DNA from: Vampirovibrionaceae bacterium NZW_1234
GTDB lineage: Bacteria; Cyanobacteriota; Vampirovibrionia; Vampirovibrionales; JAGQHJ01
Length of the DNA stretch: 64,000 nucleotides
Assembly: GCA_041697335.1 (NCBI GenBank)
Contig: JBGUGD010000002.1
Coordinates: 128,001-192,000, forward strand
Reading direction: 5' to 3'
Shown here: positions 38,354-49,015 of the stretch, piece by piece
Layout of the letters: the number at the start of each line of letters is the position of its first letter
Numbering within the stretch: position 1 is the stretch's first letter
Translations under genes and position numbers: made by a program
The notes under the pieces: generated by a model
What the model saw: the letters and a program-made list of their open reading frames with translations, nothing else
What the model was told of the DNA's origin: nothing
Databases searched by the model: none

Positions 38354-39679
38354 TTAGGACACTAGGCAAGAGGGTGAGTTAAGTTCCGGGAGAACGTCTT
38401 CCACCATAATGGTTTGATCACGCTCGGGGCCGACGCTGACAATTGAAATGGGAACACCGGTTACTTCCGCCAAGCGATTCAGGAAGGTTTGCGCTTCCTG
38501 TGGCAGGGCTTCAAAACGACGGATGTCTCGAACGGAACCTTGCCAGCCTGGGAAGGTCTCGTAAATAGGATCCATTTTTTCCAGCAGGGCAATATGGCTG
38601 GGGAAGGTATTCACGACTTCCTGGGTTTCACGATTCCGGTAGGCAGTACACAGACGTAGTTCTTCGAGGCCTTCAAAAACATCAAGCTTTGTAATTGCAA
38701 GGCCATCCAAGCCGTTAATACGGGCAGAGTATTTCATGGCGACCGCATCAAACCAGCCGCAACGACGAGCACGACCTGTAGTCGTTCCGAATTCAGCCCC
38801 CACGGAAGCAAGGTGTGAACCGGCTTGATCGAACAGTTCGGTCGGGAAGGGGCCAGAACCGACACGGGTGGTATAGGCTTTAGCAATCCCAATAACCCGA
38901 CTGATGGCTTTAGGACCAATGCCGGAACCGGTACAGGCCCCACCAGCGGTAGGATTAGAGCTTGTGACGAAGGGATAGGTTCCATGATCCAAATCCAGCA
39001 TGGTCCCTTGGGCCCCTTCCAGAAGAATATTTTCATTTTGCGTCAATGCATCAGCCAATACGGAATCGGTATCACTGATGTAGGGGCTCAGTATGCCCCG
39101 ATAGTGATCGCATAAGGACATCATGCTGTCGACATTGATAGGCTCCAGGCCATAAGCTTTTGTTAGTACCGGATTCTTCTGAGTAGCAATGGTTTCGATA
39201 TGCTGCCGCAAGAGGTCTTTGGGCAGCAACAGATCACCGACTCTTAAACCGATACGGCCGACTTTGTCTTCGTATGTGGGGCCGATACCTCGGCGAGTGG
39301 TACCGATTTTTCCATCACCCATACTGTCTTCCTTGGCACAATCCATGGCAATGTGGTAAGGCAAAGTCAGGTGAGCCCGAGGGCTGACGAAAAGCCGACC
39401 CAATGTTTTGTTTCGTTCCTTAAGTTCGCGAAGCTCTTTTTCCAGAACCTCAACAGAGATGACGGTTCCTGGACCGATAATGCAGGTCTTGTCTTCATAG
39501 AGAATGCCGGAGGGAATCAAGTGAAATTTATAGGTTTCGCCGTTACGAACAACGGTATGTCCCGCATTGCAACCGCCTTGGTAACGCACAATATGCTGGG
39601 CGCGTTCGGCCAAGAGGTCAATAATTTTGGCTTTACCTTCGTCACCCCACTGGGCGCCGACGATGACAACGGCAGGCAT
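38354..39679 (-). CDS. purA: adenylosuccinate synthetase
   Basis: GAQWGDEGK, QGGCNAGHT, GTTRRGIGP, EGAQG, GTTTGRARRCGW, TKLD. Confidence 0.98.
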   Translation of the reverse strand: MPAVVIVGAQWGDEGKAKIIDLLAERAQHIVRYQGGCNAGHTVVRNGETYKFHLIPSGILYEDKTCIIGPGTVISVEVLEKELRELKERNKTLGRLFVSPRAHLTLPYHIAMDCAKEDSMGDGKIGTTRRGIGPTYEDKVGRIGLRVGDLLLPKDLLRQHIETIATQKNPVLTKAYGLEPINVDSMMSLCDHYRGILSPYISDTDSVLADALTQNENILLEGAQGTMLDLDHGTYPFVTSSNPTAGGACTGSGIGPKAISRVIGIAKAYTTRVGSGPFPTELFDQAGSHLASVGAEFGTTTGRARRCGWFDAVAMKYSARINGLDGLAITKLDVFEGLEELRLCTAYRNRETQEVVNTFPSHIALLEKMDPIYETFPGWQGSVRDIRRFEALPQEAQTFLNRLAEVTGVPISIVSVGPERDQTIMVEDVLPELNSPSCLVS

Positions 39680-39979
39680 TGGTTTGCTTCTCCATTTCTA
39701 GGCTGGTTGCATTTAGGGTAAGAAGAAAGGCCGTGATTCAGCTCATTCCTCCCCTTGGCAGTATAGGTCAGTCCATGGTCAGGGTCAACTCTATTGGGCA
39801 TGCCTTCGCTTTCCTCACAAACAGCCTATGACGCAAGCAATTAAACGAGTTGTCGACTACCTTAACTTGTGATTTTCTCAATCCTTTGGAGGACGTTCGT
39901 TGGAGGGTGATAAAGGCTAGCCAAGGTGGGGTAAGATAGAGAGTGACACCAGTGTGTATTGTATGCGAGGTTTTACGTG

Positions 39980-40417
39980 ATGATTGATCGTTTTTTCACA
40001 AAACTGGCCTTGAGTAGTGTTGCGGGCGTGTTGATGCTGATGACTGTAGCCATGGGGATTGTTTATGCTGATCATACGGCACAAAGCCACAGCGTATCAA
40101 CCTCTGTCGCTAAGTCCTGGCAGGACTGGCAGCAACAAGCTGAAGCTCTTGAACAACAAGCGTTCCAGCTGATTAAGGCCTCCAGTAACCCTAGAACTGT
40201 CTCCTATGCCAAAGCTGGAGCCTTGTACAAGGAAGCGATGCGGTATTACTCGCTGGCTCAGCAGGGCTGTCTTGATGAAGCCAAGGCCCGACCTGAAGCA
40301 TCATCCCAGCTTCTGGAACAAGCCGAGCAGTTTGATATTAAGTCCAGAGAGGCATTGATGAAATCCCGTACCGCCTCCGGTGTTGTTTACTTCCGGGAAG
40401 TTCGCGGCTTGCTTTAA
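39980..40417 (+). CDS. hypothetical exported helical protein
   Basis: Signal-peptide-like N-terminus ending VYA; GAGG RBS; followed by a terminator. Confidence 0.7.
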   Translation: MIDRFFTKLALSSVAGVLMLMTVAMGIVYADHTAQSHSVSTSVAKSWQDWQQQAEALEQQAFQLIKASSNPRTVSYAKAGALYKEAMRYYSLAQQGCLDEAKARPEASSQLLEQAEQFDIKSREALMKSRTASGVVYFREVRGLL

Positions 40418-40438
40418 GTTTCTACCTGAATCTAGAAC

Positions 40439-40476
40439 AAAAATCCCTGCCGATTCTGTGTCGGCAGGGATTTTTT
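40439..40476. terminator. bidirectional intrinsic terminator
   Basis: AAAAATCCCTGCCGA...TCGGCAGGGATTTTT. Confidence 0.88.
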
Positions 40477-40489
40477 CTGGTTTTTCTGA

Positions 40490-41380
40490 TTATACGGCCA
40501 CGCTGGCGGCATTCATGGCCTTTTGAATGGTTTCACCCAGGAGTGCTGGATTGTCGCAGACGGCGATGCCTGCTGCCCTGAGGGCGTCCATTTTTTCCTT
40601 GGCGGTGCCTTTGCCGCCAGAAATGATGGCTCCGGCGTGACCCATGCGTTTTCCTGGGGGAGCCGTTTGACCCGCAATGAAGCAAACCACCGGCTTGGTA
40701 ACATTGCGCTTAATATATTCAGCGGCTTCTTCTTCGGCGGAGCCTCCAATTTCACCGATCATGCAGATGGCTTTGGTTTCCGAGTCTGCCTGGAATGCTT
40801 CCAGACAGTCGATGAAGTTGGTGCCGTTCACTGGGTCGCCACCGATGCCAACGCAAGTTGATTGGCCAATGCCGAGTTGGGTTAGCTGGTGGACCACTTC
40901 GTAGGTCAAAGTACCGCTGCGGGACACGACGCCCACAGGACCCCGCTTATGGATATGACCAGGCATAATGCCGATTTTGCATTCATCCGGCGTAATCAGG
41001 CCTGGGCAGTTGGGCCCAATAAGGCGGGTGCGTTTACCTCGCATAAAGTTTTTCACTGTTAGCATATCGTTGACTGGAATGCCTTCAGTAATGCAAATGG
41101 CCAGATCCACATCGGCATCAACGGCTTCCATAATGGCATCAGCCGCAAATGGTGGGGGGACGAAGATGACTGAGACATTCGCTCCAGTGGCCTTTTTAGC
41201 TTCATGAACGGTGTTATAGACCGGTATTCTGTCCAAGACGGTAGTGCCGCCTTTGCCTGGAGTGACTCCGGCGACCACTTGTGTGCCGTACTTCAAGCAT
41301 TGCTCTGCGTGGAAGGAGCCTTCACGGCCGGTGATGCCTTGAACCACGATTTTCGAATTTTTATCTACCCAAATTGCCAT
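40490..41380 (-). CDS. sucD: succinyl-CoA synthetase alpha subunit
   Basis: [36 protein letters not shown]. Confidence 0.98.
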   Translation of the reverse strand: MAIWVDKNSKIVVQGITGREGSFHAEQCLKYGTQVVAGVTPGKGGTTVLDRIPVYNTVHEAKKATGANVSVIFVPPPFAADAIMEAVDADVDLAICITEGIPVNDMLTVKNFMRGKRTRLIGPNCPGLITPDECKIGIMPGHIHKRGPVGVVSRSGTLTYEVVHQLTQLGIGQSTCVGIGGDPVNGTNFIDCLEAFQADSETKAICMIGEIGGSAEEEAAEYIKRNVTKPVVCFIAGQTAPPGKRMGHAGAIISGGKGTAKEKMDALRAAGIAVCDNPALLGETIQKAMNAASVAV

Positions 41381-41401
41381 AATTCGTGTTCCTTTCCTCG
41401 C

Positions 41402-42580
41402 TTATGCCACAGTACTAACCGTTTTAACGGCCTCGGCCACTTTCTCAGCAGCTTCTTTCATGGTGTCGGCCACCAGGAACTTGAGGCTGGAGTTCTGGAG
41501 AATCTCCTTACCCCGCTCTACATTGGTGCCCTCCATGCGGATAATAATGGGCAGCTTGACGTCGAGCTTGGAGGCGGCAGCTACCACGCCTTCGGCCAGC
41601 AAGTCGCAGCGAAGGATGCCGCCAAAGATATTGATCAACACGGCTTCCACGTTTTTATCGGACAAAAGGATACGAAACGCATTTTCAATGGCTTCGGCAT
41701 TGGCGCCGCCACCCACATCCAAAAAGTTGGCTGGACTGGCACCGTAGAGTTTAATAATGTCCATTGTGGCCATCGCCAAACCGGCACCGTTTACCATACA
41801 GCCTACATTACCATCGAGTTTAATGTAGTTGAGGTGGAATTTGGAGGCTTCAACTTCCAAGGGGTCCTCTTCATCATAATCCCGCATCTTCTGAACGTCC
41901 GGATGACGGTATAAGGCGTTGTCATCAAAGTTAACCTTGCCGTCCAGTGCTAAAACGCGGTTGTCTTTGGTAATAACCAGCGGATTTACTTCCACCATGG
42001 CACAGTCTTTTTGCCAGAAGAGCTTGTAAAGGCCGGTTAAGAGTTTTACGGCCTCACGGATGCAGGGTTCGGGAATCTCTAAGGCATAGGCCACTTTGCG
42101 AGCTTGGAACGCTTGCAGACCAATGGTTGGATCAACCCATTCTTTGATGATTTTCTCGGGTTGGGTCGCTGCCACTTCTTCAATATCCATGCCTCCTGCG
42201 GCGCTGGCCATAATCAGAGGCTTGCTAGTGGCTCTGTCTAGAATGATACTGACATACAGCTCTCGATCAATGTCGGAGCCTTCTTCTACCAGGACAGACT
42301 TAACTTTTTTGCCTTCAGGGCCGGTTTGGTGGGTTACCAACTGCATGCCCAGGATTTGAGTGGCCGCAGACTTTACGTCATCAATGGATTTGACAACTTT
42401 GACACCGCCACCTTTGCCGCGGCCGCCAGCGTGAATTTGAGCTTTCACGACATAGATAGGGCCGTTTAGCGATTTTGCTGCGTTTACGGCTTCATCTGGG
42501 GTGAACGCAACTTGGCCATTGGGTGTGGGCACTTCGTAGGAGCGAAAGAGTTCTTTGGCTTGGTATTCATGAATTTTCAT
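41402..42580 (-). CDS. sucC: succinyl-CoA synthetase beta subunit
   Basis: [48 protein letters not shown]. Confidence 0.98.
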   Translation of the reverse strand: MKIHEYQAKELFRSYEVPTPNGQVAFTPDEAVNAAKSLNGPIYVVKAQIHAGGRGKGGGVKVVKSIDDVKSAATQILGMQLVTHQTGPEGKKVKSVLVEEGSDIDRELYVSIILDRATSKPLIMASAAGGMDIEEVAATQPEKIIKEWVDPTIGLQAFQARKVAYALEIPEPCIREAVKLLTGLYKLFWQKDCAMVEVNPLVITKDNRVLALDGKVNFDDNALYRHPDVQKMRDYDEEDPLEVEASKFHLNYIKLDGNVGCMVNGAGLAMATMDIIKLYGASPANFLDVGGGANAEAIENAFRILLSDKNVEAVLINIFGGILRCDLLAEGVVAAASKLDVKLPIIIRMEGTNVERGKEILQNSSLKFLVADTMKEAAEKVAEAVKTVSTVA

Positions 42581-42915
42581 GGAAGCAATGCCTCTTATGA
42601 CTGTCTATCACGGTTGGGTTAGTAGTGATATAGTGTACCGCAAACATAGCCGAAGCAAGAAATATCATCCCTGCTTGCCTAAGTTGTCTTCATTTGACAC
42701 TTCGAAGATACAATAGTGACATTGTAATGTTTATCAAAGTTGAGTCTGGTTTTGATAAGCGGTTGAGCGTTTAGAGTTCAGGTTCGCCTGCAAGTGATGT
42801 TTTAGGCTTGAAGTTAGGCAAAATAGCTTGAATAGGAAATAGTTTCACTGTTATTCGAAAAAGCTGTTGTAAGAAATCATTGGCAATATGCAGTAGTGCA
42901 CGTGGCCTGTTTACT

Positions 42916-43929
42916 TTAATTGTTTGGGTCCAACAGCTGATGAAAGGTTTTGCCGAGGGCTTTTTCTGACTGGGTGACTTCTTTTAAGGCGGTTTTTAAC
43001 TCGCTTTGTGCAATACGGAGTTTGTGCTTGAGTTCGGATACCTGGTCCTGGTGGTGGCGGGAAGTGAAGGTGGCTGCCAAGACTGCCTGTTCCTTGCTTT
43101 TTCCAGTGATGGTATAGATGTAACTGAGACCGTTGCCACAATCTCTGACTCTATCGGCATTGTGGTATTGCTTGGATTGGAACACTTGATAGGCTTTCTT
43201 GAAATGATTTTCGGCTTTGGCCGCATACTCGAGGAACTTCACATCATTCCCAAAGCGACGTTTTGCAGACTTCAACATGCCTGTACTGTAGTCATTCCCA
43301 ATCAGCTCATACTCATAGCCTTTGGCTAATTTAAAGTGGATATCTGCGGTTAGGTTTTCATATTTCTTGCCCTGGGATTCCAGAATGGGAAGGGCTTGGT
43401 AAAAATGCTCTCTTGCCACCTGGAGTCGTTTGAGGGAAATGGCGTTGAATTGCTGATATTGGCCTGGGCTCATTTGAAACTGTACATGGAGTTGCGGGAC
43501 CCTGTTTGCTTCATAGAGTTCAGCCACACGTAAATGGGCTTCAGCCACTTTCGGATGCTTGTTACCGAGATGGGCTTGCCTGATTTGCAAGGCCTTCATA
43601 ATGCGAAACTCATCGCCGGAGAAATTGAACTTGGCTCGCTTCAGCAGTTCGTCAGCGATGGGCAGGCTGTCCGGTGGGCAACGTTTCTCCGTAGCAATGG
43701 CGTGAATTTCCTTTTCCAGGTTTGCCAGACGTGTTTCAGGAGAGATGTTTTGTGGGGAGACCTGAAGTGTTGATGCGCTGTAATCTGTAATGCAATATTC
43801 CGTGAGTGGTTCTCGAACAAGAGGAGCTTTTGGTGCCTCCAGGCTTTTGAACTGAACGGAGGCCGATGTCGGGCGGCGTGTCTGTCTATTCACAAATACG
43901 GGCATTGAGGTCTGAGAATACAGGCGCAT
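42916..43929 (-). CDS. TPR-like helical repeat protein
   Basis: KALQIRQAHLGNKHPKVAEAHLRVAELY (kinesin-light-chain-type TPR) and further A..F.KA helices. Confidence 0.7.
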   Translation of the reverse strand: MRLYSQTSMPVFVNRQTRRPTSASVQFKSLEAPKAPLVREPLTEYCITDYSASTLQVSPQNISPETRLANLEKEIHAIATEKRCPPDSLPIADELLKRAKFNFSGDEFRIMKALQIRQAHLGNKHPKVAEAHLRVAELYEANRVPQLHVQFQMSPGQYQQFNAISLKRLQVAREHFYQALPILESQGKKYENLTADIHFKLAKGYEYELIGNDYSTGMLKSAKRRFGNDVKFLEYAAKAENHFKKAYQVFQSKQYHNADRVRDCGNGLSYIYTITGKSKEQAVLAATFTSRHHQDQVSELKHKLRIAQSELKTALKEVTQSEKALGKTFHQLLDPNN

Positions 43930-44127
43930 TACTTATATTTCCCAATTCATTGACGTATTAACTTAACTTGTTGAAAAGGGGAGACAAGGACAAGGATCTG
44001 TATGGGAATATCGTTATAGAGTCTGCCTACCCAGGTTAACTGTTGCAGGTACTGACGAATCGGTTTTGGTATATCGGGATCGAGCCACTTTTTGCCATAC
44101 CCTATAGCGAACATTGTTGCTTGGAAA

Positions 44128-44517
44128 TTAGGACAAGCGCTTTGGGGCGCCTTCACCTGTTTCGAAACGGTCTCGAAGGATTTGAACACCCTTGCCTAAG
44201 GCTGTTGCTAGCCAAAAAATAGCAGTGGAGGGTGTTGAATAACTGCCGACAACCGGCTCAGCCAGGGGGCGCTGATGAGGGTCGATGATGTCGATTGTTA
44301 CAGATTGGGGGGGCGACTGGTCTCGGTTGTGATGCTGAACGTTCAGATGAATACCTTCGGCATCGAGTTGGTTGACAATGCTTGCCAGGGAATGACGTGC
44401 ATTTTGAAAATCCTGAATCAGTTGGGGCCGATGATGAGGATTATAGTCATCTTCATGGGCAATGGTCACTTTGCCAAAACGCGGCAAAGGCATGAGCGAG
44501 GGGGTAATGCGGACCAT
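44128..44517 (-). CDS. hypothetical protein
   Basis: 129 aa; AAGGAG RBS; N-terminal PLPRFG. Confidence 0.7.
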   Translation of the reverse strand: MVRITPSLMPLPRFGKVTIAHEDDYNPHHRPQLIQDFQNARHSLASIVNQLDAEGIHLNVQHHNRDQSPPQSVTIDIIDPHQRPLAEPVVGSYSTPSTAIFWLATALGKGVQILRDRFETGEGAPKRLS

Positions 44518-44558
44518 AATAAGGGCTTCTCCTTGAGTTATGTCAACACAATAGCGAG

Positions 44559-45212
44559 CTAATAGGGTTTCTCGGGATTGACATCCGGACGGTATTCAAG
44601 CGGGAGATTGGTGTCAGGGTGAATTCGTGGGCTGAGGCCCCCGATAGTTAGAGCAAAGCGTCGAAGCGCACTTGACATGCCCCCCAAAATACTCGGATCG
44701 TGGGTCTGAGCACTCATCGTTAAGACTTTACCTTGGTGTGTTTCCACCACCTCAGGATTGACCTTCAAGAGTTGCTGACGTCGTAACACTATGGCTGTGG
44801 GGAACAGACGAGGGAAATTGGCAAATTCGGTTTTAGCCTTTTGAATTTCGTTATCACTGGCACGTGAATAAATGCCGAGCTGGAATTCTGCCGTCGGGGT
44901 TTCAGACGGTTCCACCGGAAGCCATCGATGAATGAATGCTTTTAACGGGGCCAGGAGCTTCATATCTTCTTCATCGGTGGTGTGATCGATATACGTGCTC
45001 AGTACACGTCCTGTTGGAGTCTGTTGAATCCTGTACTGGTGTCGAATACTGTACTTTCTTGGTAAAACACTGGTAAAGGCATCCGAGGTCGGCAAGTCAC
45101 GCCAAGCGTCCAGCAGCTGCTTTTCATCCCGCCGTCGAAGGCCTTGAGGAAGTTGGATGCGAAACTCGCCACTACCAAACCTAGTCTTAGAACAAGAATC
45201 ATTTGTTTTCAT
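44559..45212 (-). CDS. hypothetical protein
   Basis: 217-aa ORF co-oriented with its neighbours; N-terminal KTRFG. Confidence 0.65.
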   Translation of the reverse strand: MKTNDSCSKTRFGSGEFRIQLPQGLRRRDEKQLLDAWRDLPTSDAFTSVLPRKYSIRHQYRIQQTPTGRVLSTYIDHTTDEEDMKLLAPLKAFIHRWLPVEPSETPTAEFQLGIYSRASDNEIQKAKTEFANFPRLFPTAIVLRRQQLLKVNPEVVETHQGKVLTMSAQTHDPSILGGMSSALRRFALTIGGLSPRIHPDTNLPLEYRPDVNPEKPY

Positions 45213-45438
45213 ATTTTGAATTTATCAGAAACGATATGCTGCGTCCCTTCCAAGCCGTGTTTTGAAAGCAGATATTTACGTTTATTCATAAACCCGCATC
45301 ATTTTTCCAGGGTTCGGTTTTATGTATGTCCCTAAGGGACGTGTGCCTTGGGTTGGGAATGTGTGCTAAGTAGACTCTGAGCTTAAGTCTCAGGGCATTT
45401 TGTATGCGTTGATGTAGTAATAATCAATAGGAGTTGAG

Positions 45439-46215
45439 ATGATGCGTTCTATACAATTATCGCCAGCCCTGGCTGGTCAGATGGCTTATTGCAATCGCAT
45501 GCCATTCACACCCAAAGAGCTGGGTTTTCGAAATATACCCGACTCCAAAGTTCTACTCGTTTCAAAAGAGGTGGGTCAGAAGTCCGACCCTGCTGTCCGC
45601 TTTGGATTAGGCCGACGCAGCTTTGTGGGTTTAATGAGTACTTTGGTGGGAGGTATGGTTTTTATCCTCTCCTCACTCATTGTTCCCTCAATCTATCGAC
45701 CTGTGGGGAATACTCCTGAACGTATTGTCTCAACCTTGCCGAAAGCAACGGGACAGGCGATTGATAACATTAAGGTGGCTAATCCCACCGGGAATCCAAC
45801 TTATAGTCAGGTTCAGGAGCAACTAAGGACAGCACACCAACAATTACAGAATGACTGGAAGCCTGGACAGGGTAATGCGATTCCCAATTTAGAAAAACTT
45901 TCACCGGCTGAGCAACGGGCCACCAATGAATCTCTAAACCGGATGCTTCGTTTGGTTCGGTGTCGCCATGCGGGTGACATTGATCTGGCTCGTAAAGAAT
46001 ATATTCGCTGGACCCAGGATGTCCTGGCAACTCGGGTGGATGCTGAAACCCTGCGAGCTGTTCAGGACTATGGCACTGAGGCACTTGGACCTGTGTCCAA
46101 CGAATTTGATGCCCAAGCCAGAGTATGGTTCATCATTGCGGCTGGTATTGGTGTTGCTGTTGCAGGGACGGCGGCCTACAAGCTCAATCGTTGGACAAAA
46201 GATGATGATATCTAG
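45439..46215 (+). CDS. hypothetical two-TM membrane protein
   Basis: AGGAG RBS; PAVRFG precedes the first TM; second TM at the C-terminus. Confidence 0.75.
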   Translation: MMRSIQLSPALAGQMAYCNRMPFTPKELGFRNIPDSKVLLVSKEVGQKSDPAVRFGLGRRSFVGLMSTLVGGMVFILSSLIVPSIYRPVGNTPERIVSTLPKATGQAIDNIKVANPTGNPTYSQVQEQLRTAHQQLQNDWKPGQGNAIPNLEKLSPAEQRATNESLNRMLRLVRCRHAGDIDLARKEYIRWTQDVLATRVDAETLRAVQDYGTEALGPVSNEFDAQARVWFIIAAGIGVAVAGTAAYKLNRWTKDDDI

Positions 46216-46230
46216 ACTGCGATAAATATG

Positions 46231-46265
46231 AAAAGCACCTGGGTTAAGGTAACCCAGGTGCTTTT
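46231..46265. terminator. bidirectional intrinsic terminator
   Basis: AAAAGCACCTGGGTTA-agg-TAACCCAGGTGCTTTT. Confidence 0.9.
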
Positions 46266-46283
46266 TGCTTTAAAAAGCTGCGA

Positions 46284-47819
46284 CTATTGCACAGGATCGA
46301 TTTGAGCCCGTTGCAGTTTATCACTGTAGTCGATGTAAACGGCCTTCCACTCGGTAAAGATGTCGAGGCATGCCTCGGCAGCTTCGCGGTGGCCATTGCC
46401 GGTATTTTTGGTACCGCCAAAGGGCAAGTGGACTTCGGCTCCAATGGTCGGTGCATTGACGTAGGTTAAGCCGGAATCCAGGTCGCGAACAGCTTGGAAG
46501 GCTTTGTTAACGTCCTTGGTGTAGATGGCAGTAGACAAGCCGAACTCAATGCCGTTGGCCACGTTGATGGCTTCTTGCAAGTCGTTCACTTCGATGACGG
46601 CAGTGACCGGCCCGAAGATCTCTTCCTGTGCAATACGCATGGTAGGCTTCACGTTGTCAAAGATGGTGGGTTGGAAGAACCAGCCAGGGCCAGCCTCAGG
46701 TGCGCGTTTGCCACCAAAGACCAGAGTAGCACCATCTTCCTGCTGACCGATTTGAACGTATTTTTCGATCTTCTTCAAGGAGGACTCGTTAATGACCGGG
46801 CCCACGTCCACTCCGGCATCCAGACCGTAGCCGAGTTTTAGCGTTTCAGCCCGCTTCACGAGGCGTTCAACCAGCTCTTTATGAATCCCTTTTTGAACAA
46901 TAACCCGGCTGGCTGCGGTGCAACGCTGACCGGCTGTCCCAAAAGCACCCCAAATGATGCCATCGACAGCCAACTCTAGGTTGGCGTCATCCAGAACGAT
47001 GATGGCGTTTTTACCGCCCATTTCCAGGGAAACTCGCTTGAAGGTGGGGGCGCACTTTTCGTTGACGTGGCGACCCACTTCGCAGGAGCCGGTGAAAGAT
47101 ACTAGGCGAACATCAGGGTGTTCCAAGATGGCATCACCTACGGCACCACCGCCACCGGTGACCATGTTCAGAACACCCGGGGGCAGGCCGGCTTCTTCCA
47201 GAATTTCTACAAAGCGTGTGGCTACAAGGGGTGTATCGCTGGCTGGCTTAAAGACCACGGTGTTACCACAGACCAGAGCCGGAGCAATTTTCCAGCTGGG
47301 AATAGCCATCGGGAAATTCCAGGGGGTGATACAACCAACCACGCCCAAAGGCACGCGCACTGACATGGCCCATTTGTTTTTCAATTCTGAGGGAGTCGTT
47401 TGTCCGAACAGGCGACGGCCTTCGCCAGCAGCGTAAAAGACCATGTCAATTACTTCCTGGATATCGCCGCGGGCTTCAGCAATAACTTTACCCATTTCAC
47501 GGGTCAGCTCACGAGACAGCTCTTCTTTACGCTCGATGAAAAGCTGGCCTGCTTTGAAAAGGATTTCTGCCCGACGGGGTGCCGGGGTTAAGCGCCATTC
47601 TTCATAAGCCTTTTTTGCGGCTGCAACGGCTTCATCCACGTCTTCCTTACCAGAAGCCGGGAAAATACCTACCACATCCGACGGATTAGCCGGGTTGGTG
47701 CTTTGGAAAGTTTTACCGGATTTGGCCGGTTGCCATTTGCCGTTAATAAAATTCTTAAATTCTGGCGGGTTGCCGGTTTTACCCGTGGTTTCACCAGCAA
47801 CAGTCTGCGTTCCAACCAT
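46284..47819 (-). CDS. aldehyde dehydrogenase family protein
   Basis: ITPWNFP, FKPAS, SFTGS, LEMGGKN, AGQRC, EEIFGP, PFGG. Confidence 0.96.
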   Translation of the reverse strand: MVGTQTVAGETTGKTGNPPEFKNFINGKWQPAKSGKTFQSTNPANPSDVVGIFPASGKEDVDEAVAAAKKAYEEWRLTPAPRRAEILFKAGQLFIERKEELSRELTREMGKVIAEARGDIQEVIDMVFYAAGEGRRLFGQTTPSELKNKWAMSVRVPLGVVGCITPWNFPMAIPSWKIAPALVCGNTVVFKPASDTPLVATRFVEILEEAGLPPGVLNMVTGGGGAVGDAILEHPDVRLVSFTGSCEVGRHVNEKCAPTFKRVSLEMGGKNAIIVLDDANLELAVDGIIWGAFGTAGQRCTAASRVIVQKGIHKELVERLVKRAETLKLGYGLDAGVDVGPVINESSLKKIEKYVQIGQQEDGATLVFGGKRAPEAGPGWFFQPTIFDNVKPTMRIAQEEIFGPVTAVIEVNDLQEAINVANGIEFGLSTAIYTKDVNKAFQAVRDLDSGLTYVNAPTIGAEVHLPFGGTKNTGNGHREAAEACLDIFTEWKAVYIDYSDKLQRAQIDPVQ

Positions 47820-48094
47820 GGTTACCATTCTCCTTAAAAAATACACGTGTACTCGAAAAATTCGACAGGCACATTGTACTGTAAAGGCACCCCGGTATCA
47901 AAATGATTCTCCTATCTCGGTTGTTGTTTAACTATATAATTACTTTTGTAATCAAATATGGCTTTAAGTTTTGTGTTTGATGGTGTGTCGGGGACTCTTG
48001 AGCGATTGGAGAAAAGGCTCGCCGAAATGCTTTAACACTCATTCTTTAATTGTTAACATGGGCTGTTCTGTTACTGTGAGATAGTTATTCTGGA

Positions 48095-48910
48095 TTAAGG
48101 GGTGGTATGGATGTCTTCAATTTGAATGGGCTTTTTGGGGTCTCTGAGAGTACTGGTGTCGAAAAACTGCTCGTTCATTGCGCCCGAAAAGCAGTTTTCA
48201 AAGATGCACACCGTATGATCGAATGCCTGGGAAGCATCCACAATCGGCTTAAAGACATCCTGTTCATGGACCAAGTGACTTTTCCGCCATCCCATCCGCT
48301 CCTCCTTGTTCCGATTTTGGAAGAGGAGAACGCTTTCCATATTGGGATCGGTATTTGGCATTTGAGGCGTATTTGCTTCATTGCTACTGGTGCACACATT
48401 TTGAGGCTTTTTGATACTCGAACGCAGGACTGTTCCATGCATGGTGGAATCTACAATTAAATGATCTCCCTCTTCTGTTTTGCCTCGTGTTTTGGCATCT
48501 GATAGATGCTTTTCAAATTCCTCGAAGGTATCGGCGGTTTTCACCTCGTATCCTAGCCCTTCATAGCGTTCGGTTTTTTCTTCGAGGCCTTTTTCAAACA
48601 TTGCCTTCTCGCTCGCATCATTGGGTTGACCGGCGACCAGGATGGCCGTGCCTTTGTTTTTACGATTTGGATTTGCAACCGTGTCAGGCAGAGGAGCCCC
48701 GTAGCTCTGCGGTGTTTGTGGGCTCTCAATCAACGACTCCGGAAACCCCTTTTGTTGAATGTCTTCATGGGCCTGTTTTAAGCTATGCCCATTCCGAATA
48801 CGTTCTGTTAGTGCACCGGAATAAACACCGCCGTGTTCATAATCCCCATGGGAGATTTGGTTAGGCTGGCTGGCAGTGAGAATCGAAATGCGGGGTGTGA
48901 CTTTATCCAT
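48095..48910 (-). CDS. circularly permuted caspase-like (clan CD) peptidase, tandem copy B
   Basis: N-terminal ISILTAS..GGVYSGAL..QTPQSYG, then TAILVAG..GYEV..GDHLIVDSTMHG..VCIFENCFSG. GAGGAG RBS before MDKVTP. Confidence 0.75.
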   Translation of the reverse strand: MDKVTPRISILTASQPNQISHGDYEHGGVYSGALTERIRNGHSLKQAHEDIQQKGFPESLIESPQTPQSYGAPLPDTVANPNRKNKGTAILVAGQPNDASEKAMFEKGLEEKTERYEGLGYEVKTADTFEEFEKHLSDAKTRGKTEEGDHLIVDSTMHGTVLRSSIKKPQNVCTSSNEANTPQMPNTDPNMESVLLFQNRNKEERMGWRKSHLVHEQDVFKPIVDASQAFDHTVCIFENCFSGAMNEQFFDTSTLRDPKKPIQIEDIHTTP

Positions 48911-49015
48911 AGCAATGCTCCTCTTGTATATTCCGTGGAAACGAACTAATAGAAACATCACTTTGATAATACTAATAGAAGAAAGCCGTTTGGTGGCATA
49001 TTTAGAAGAGTAATC

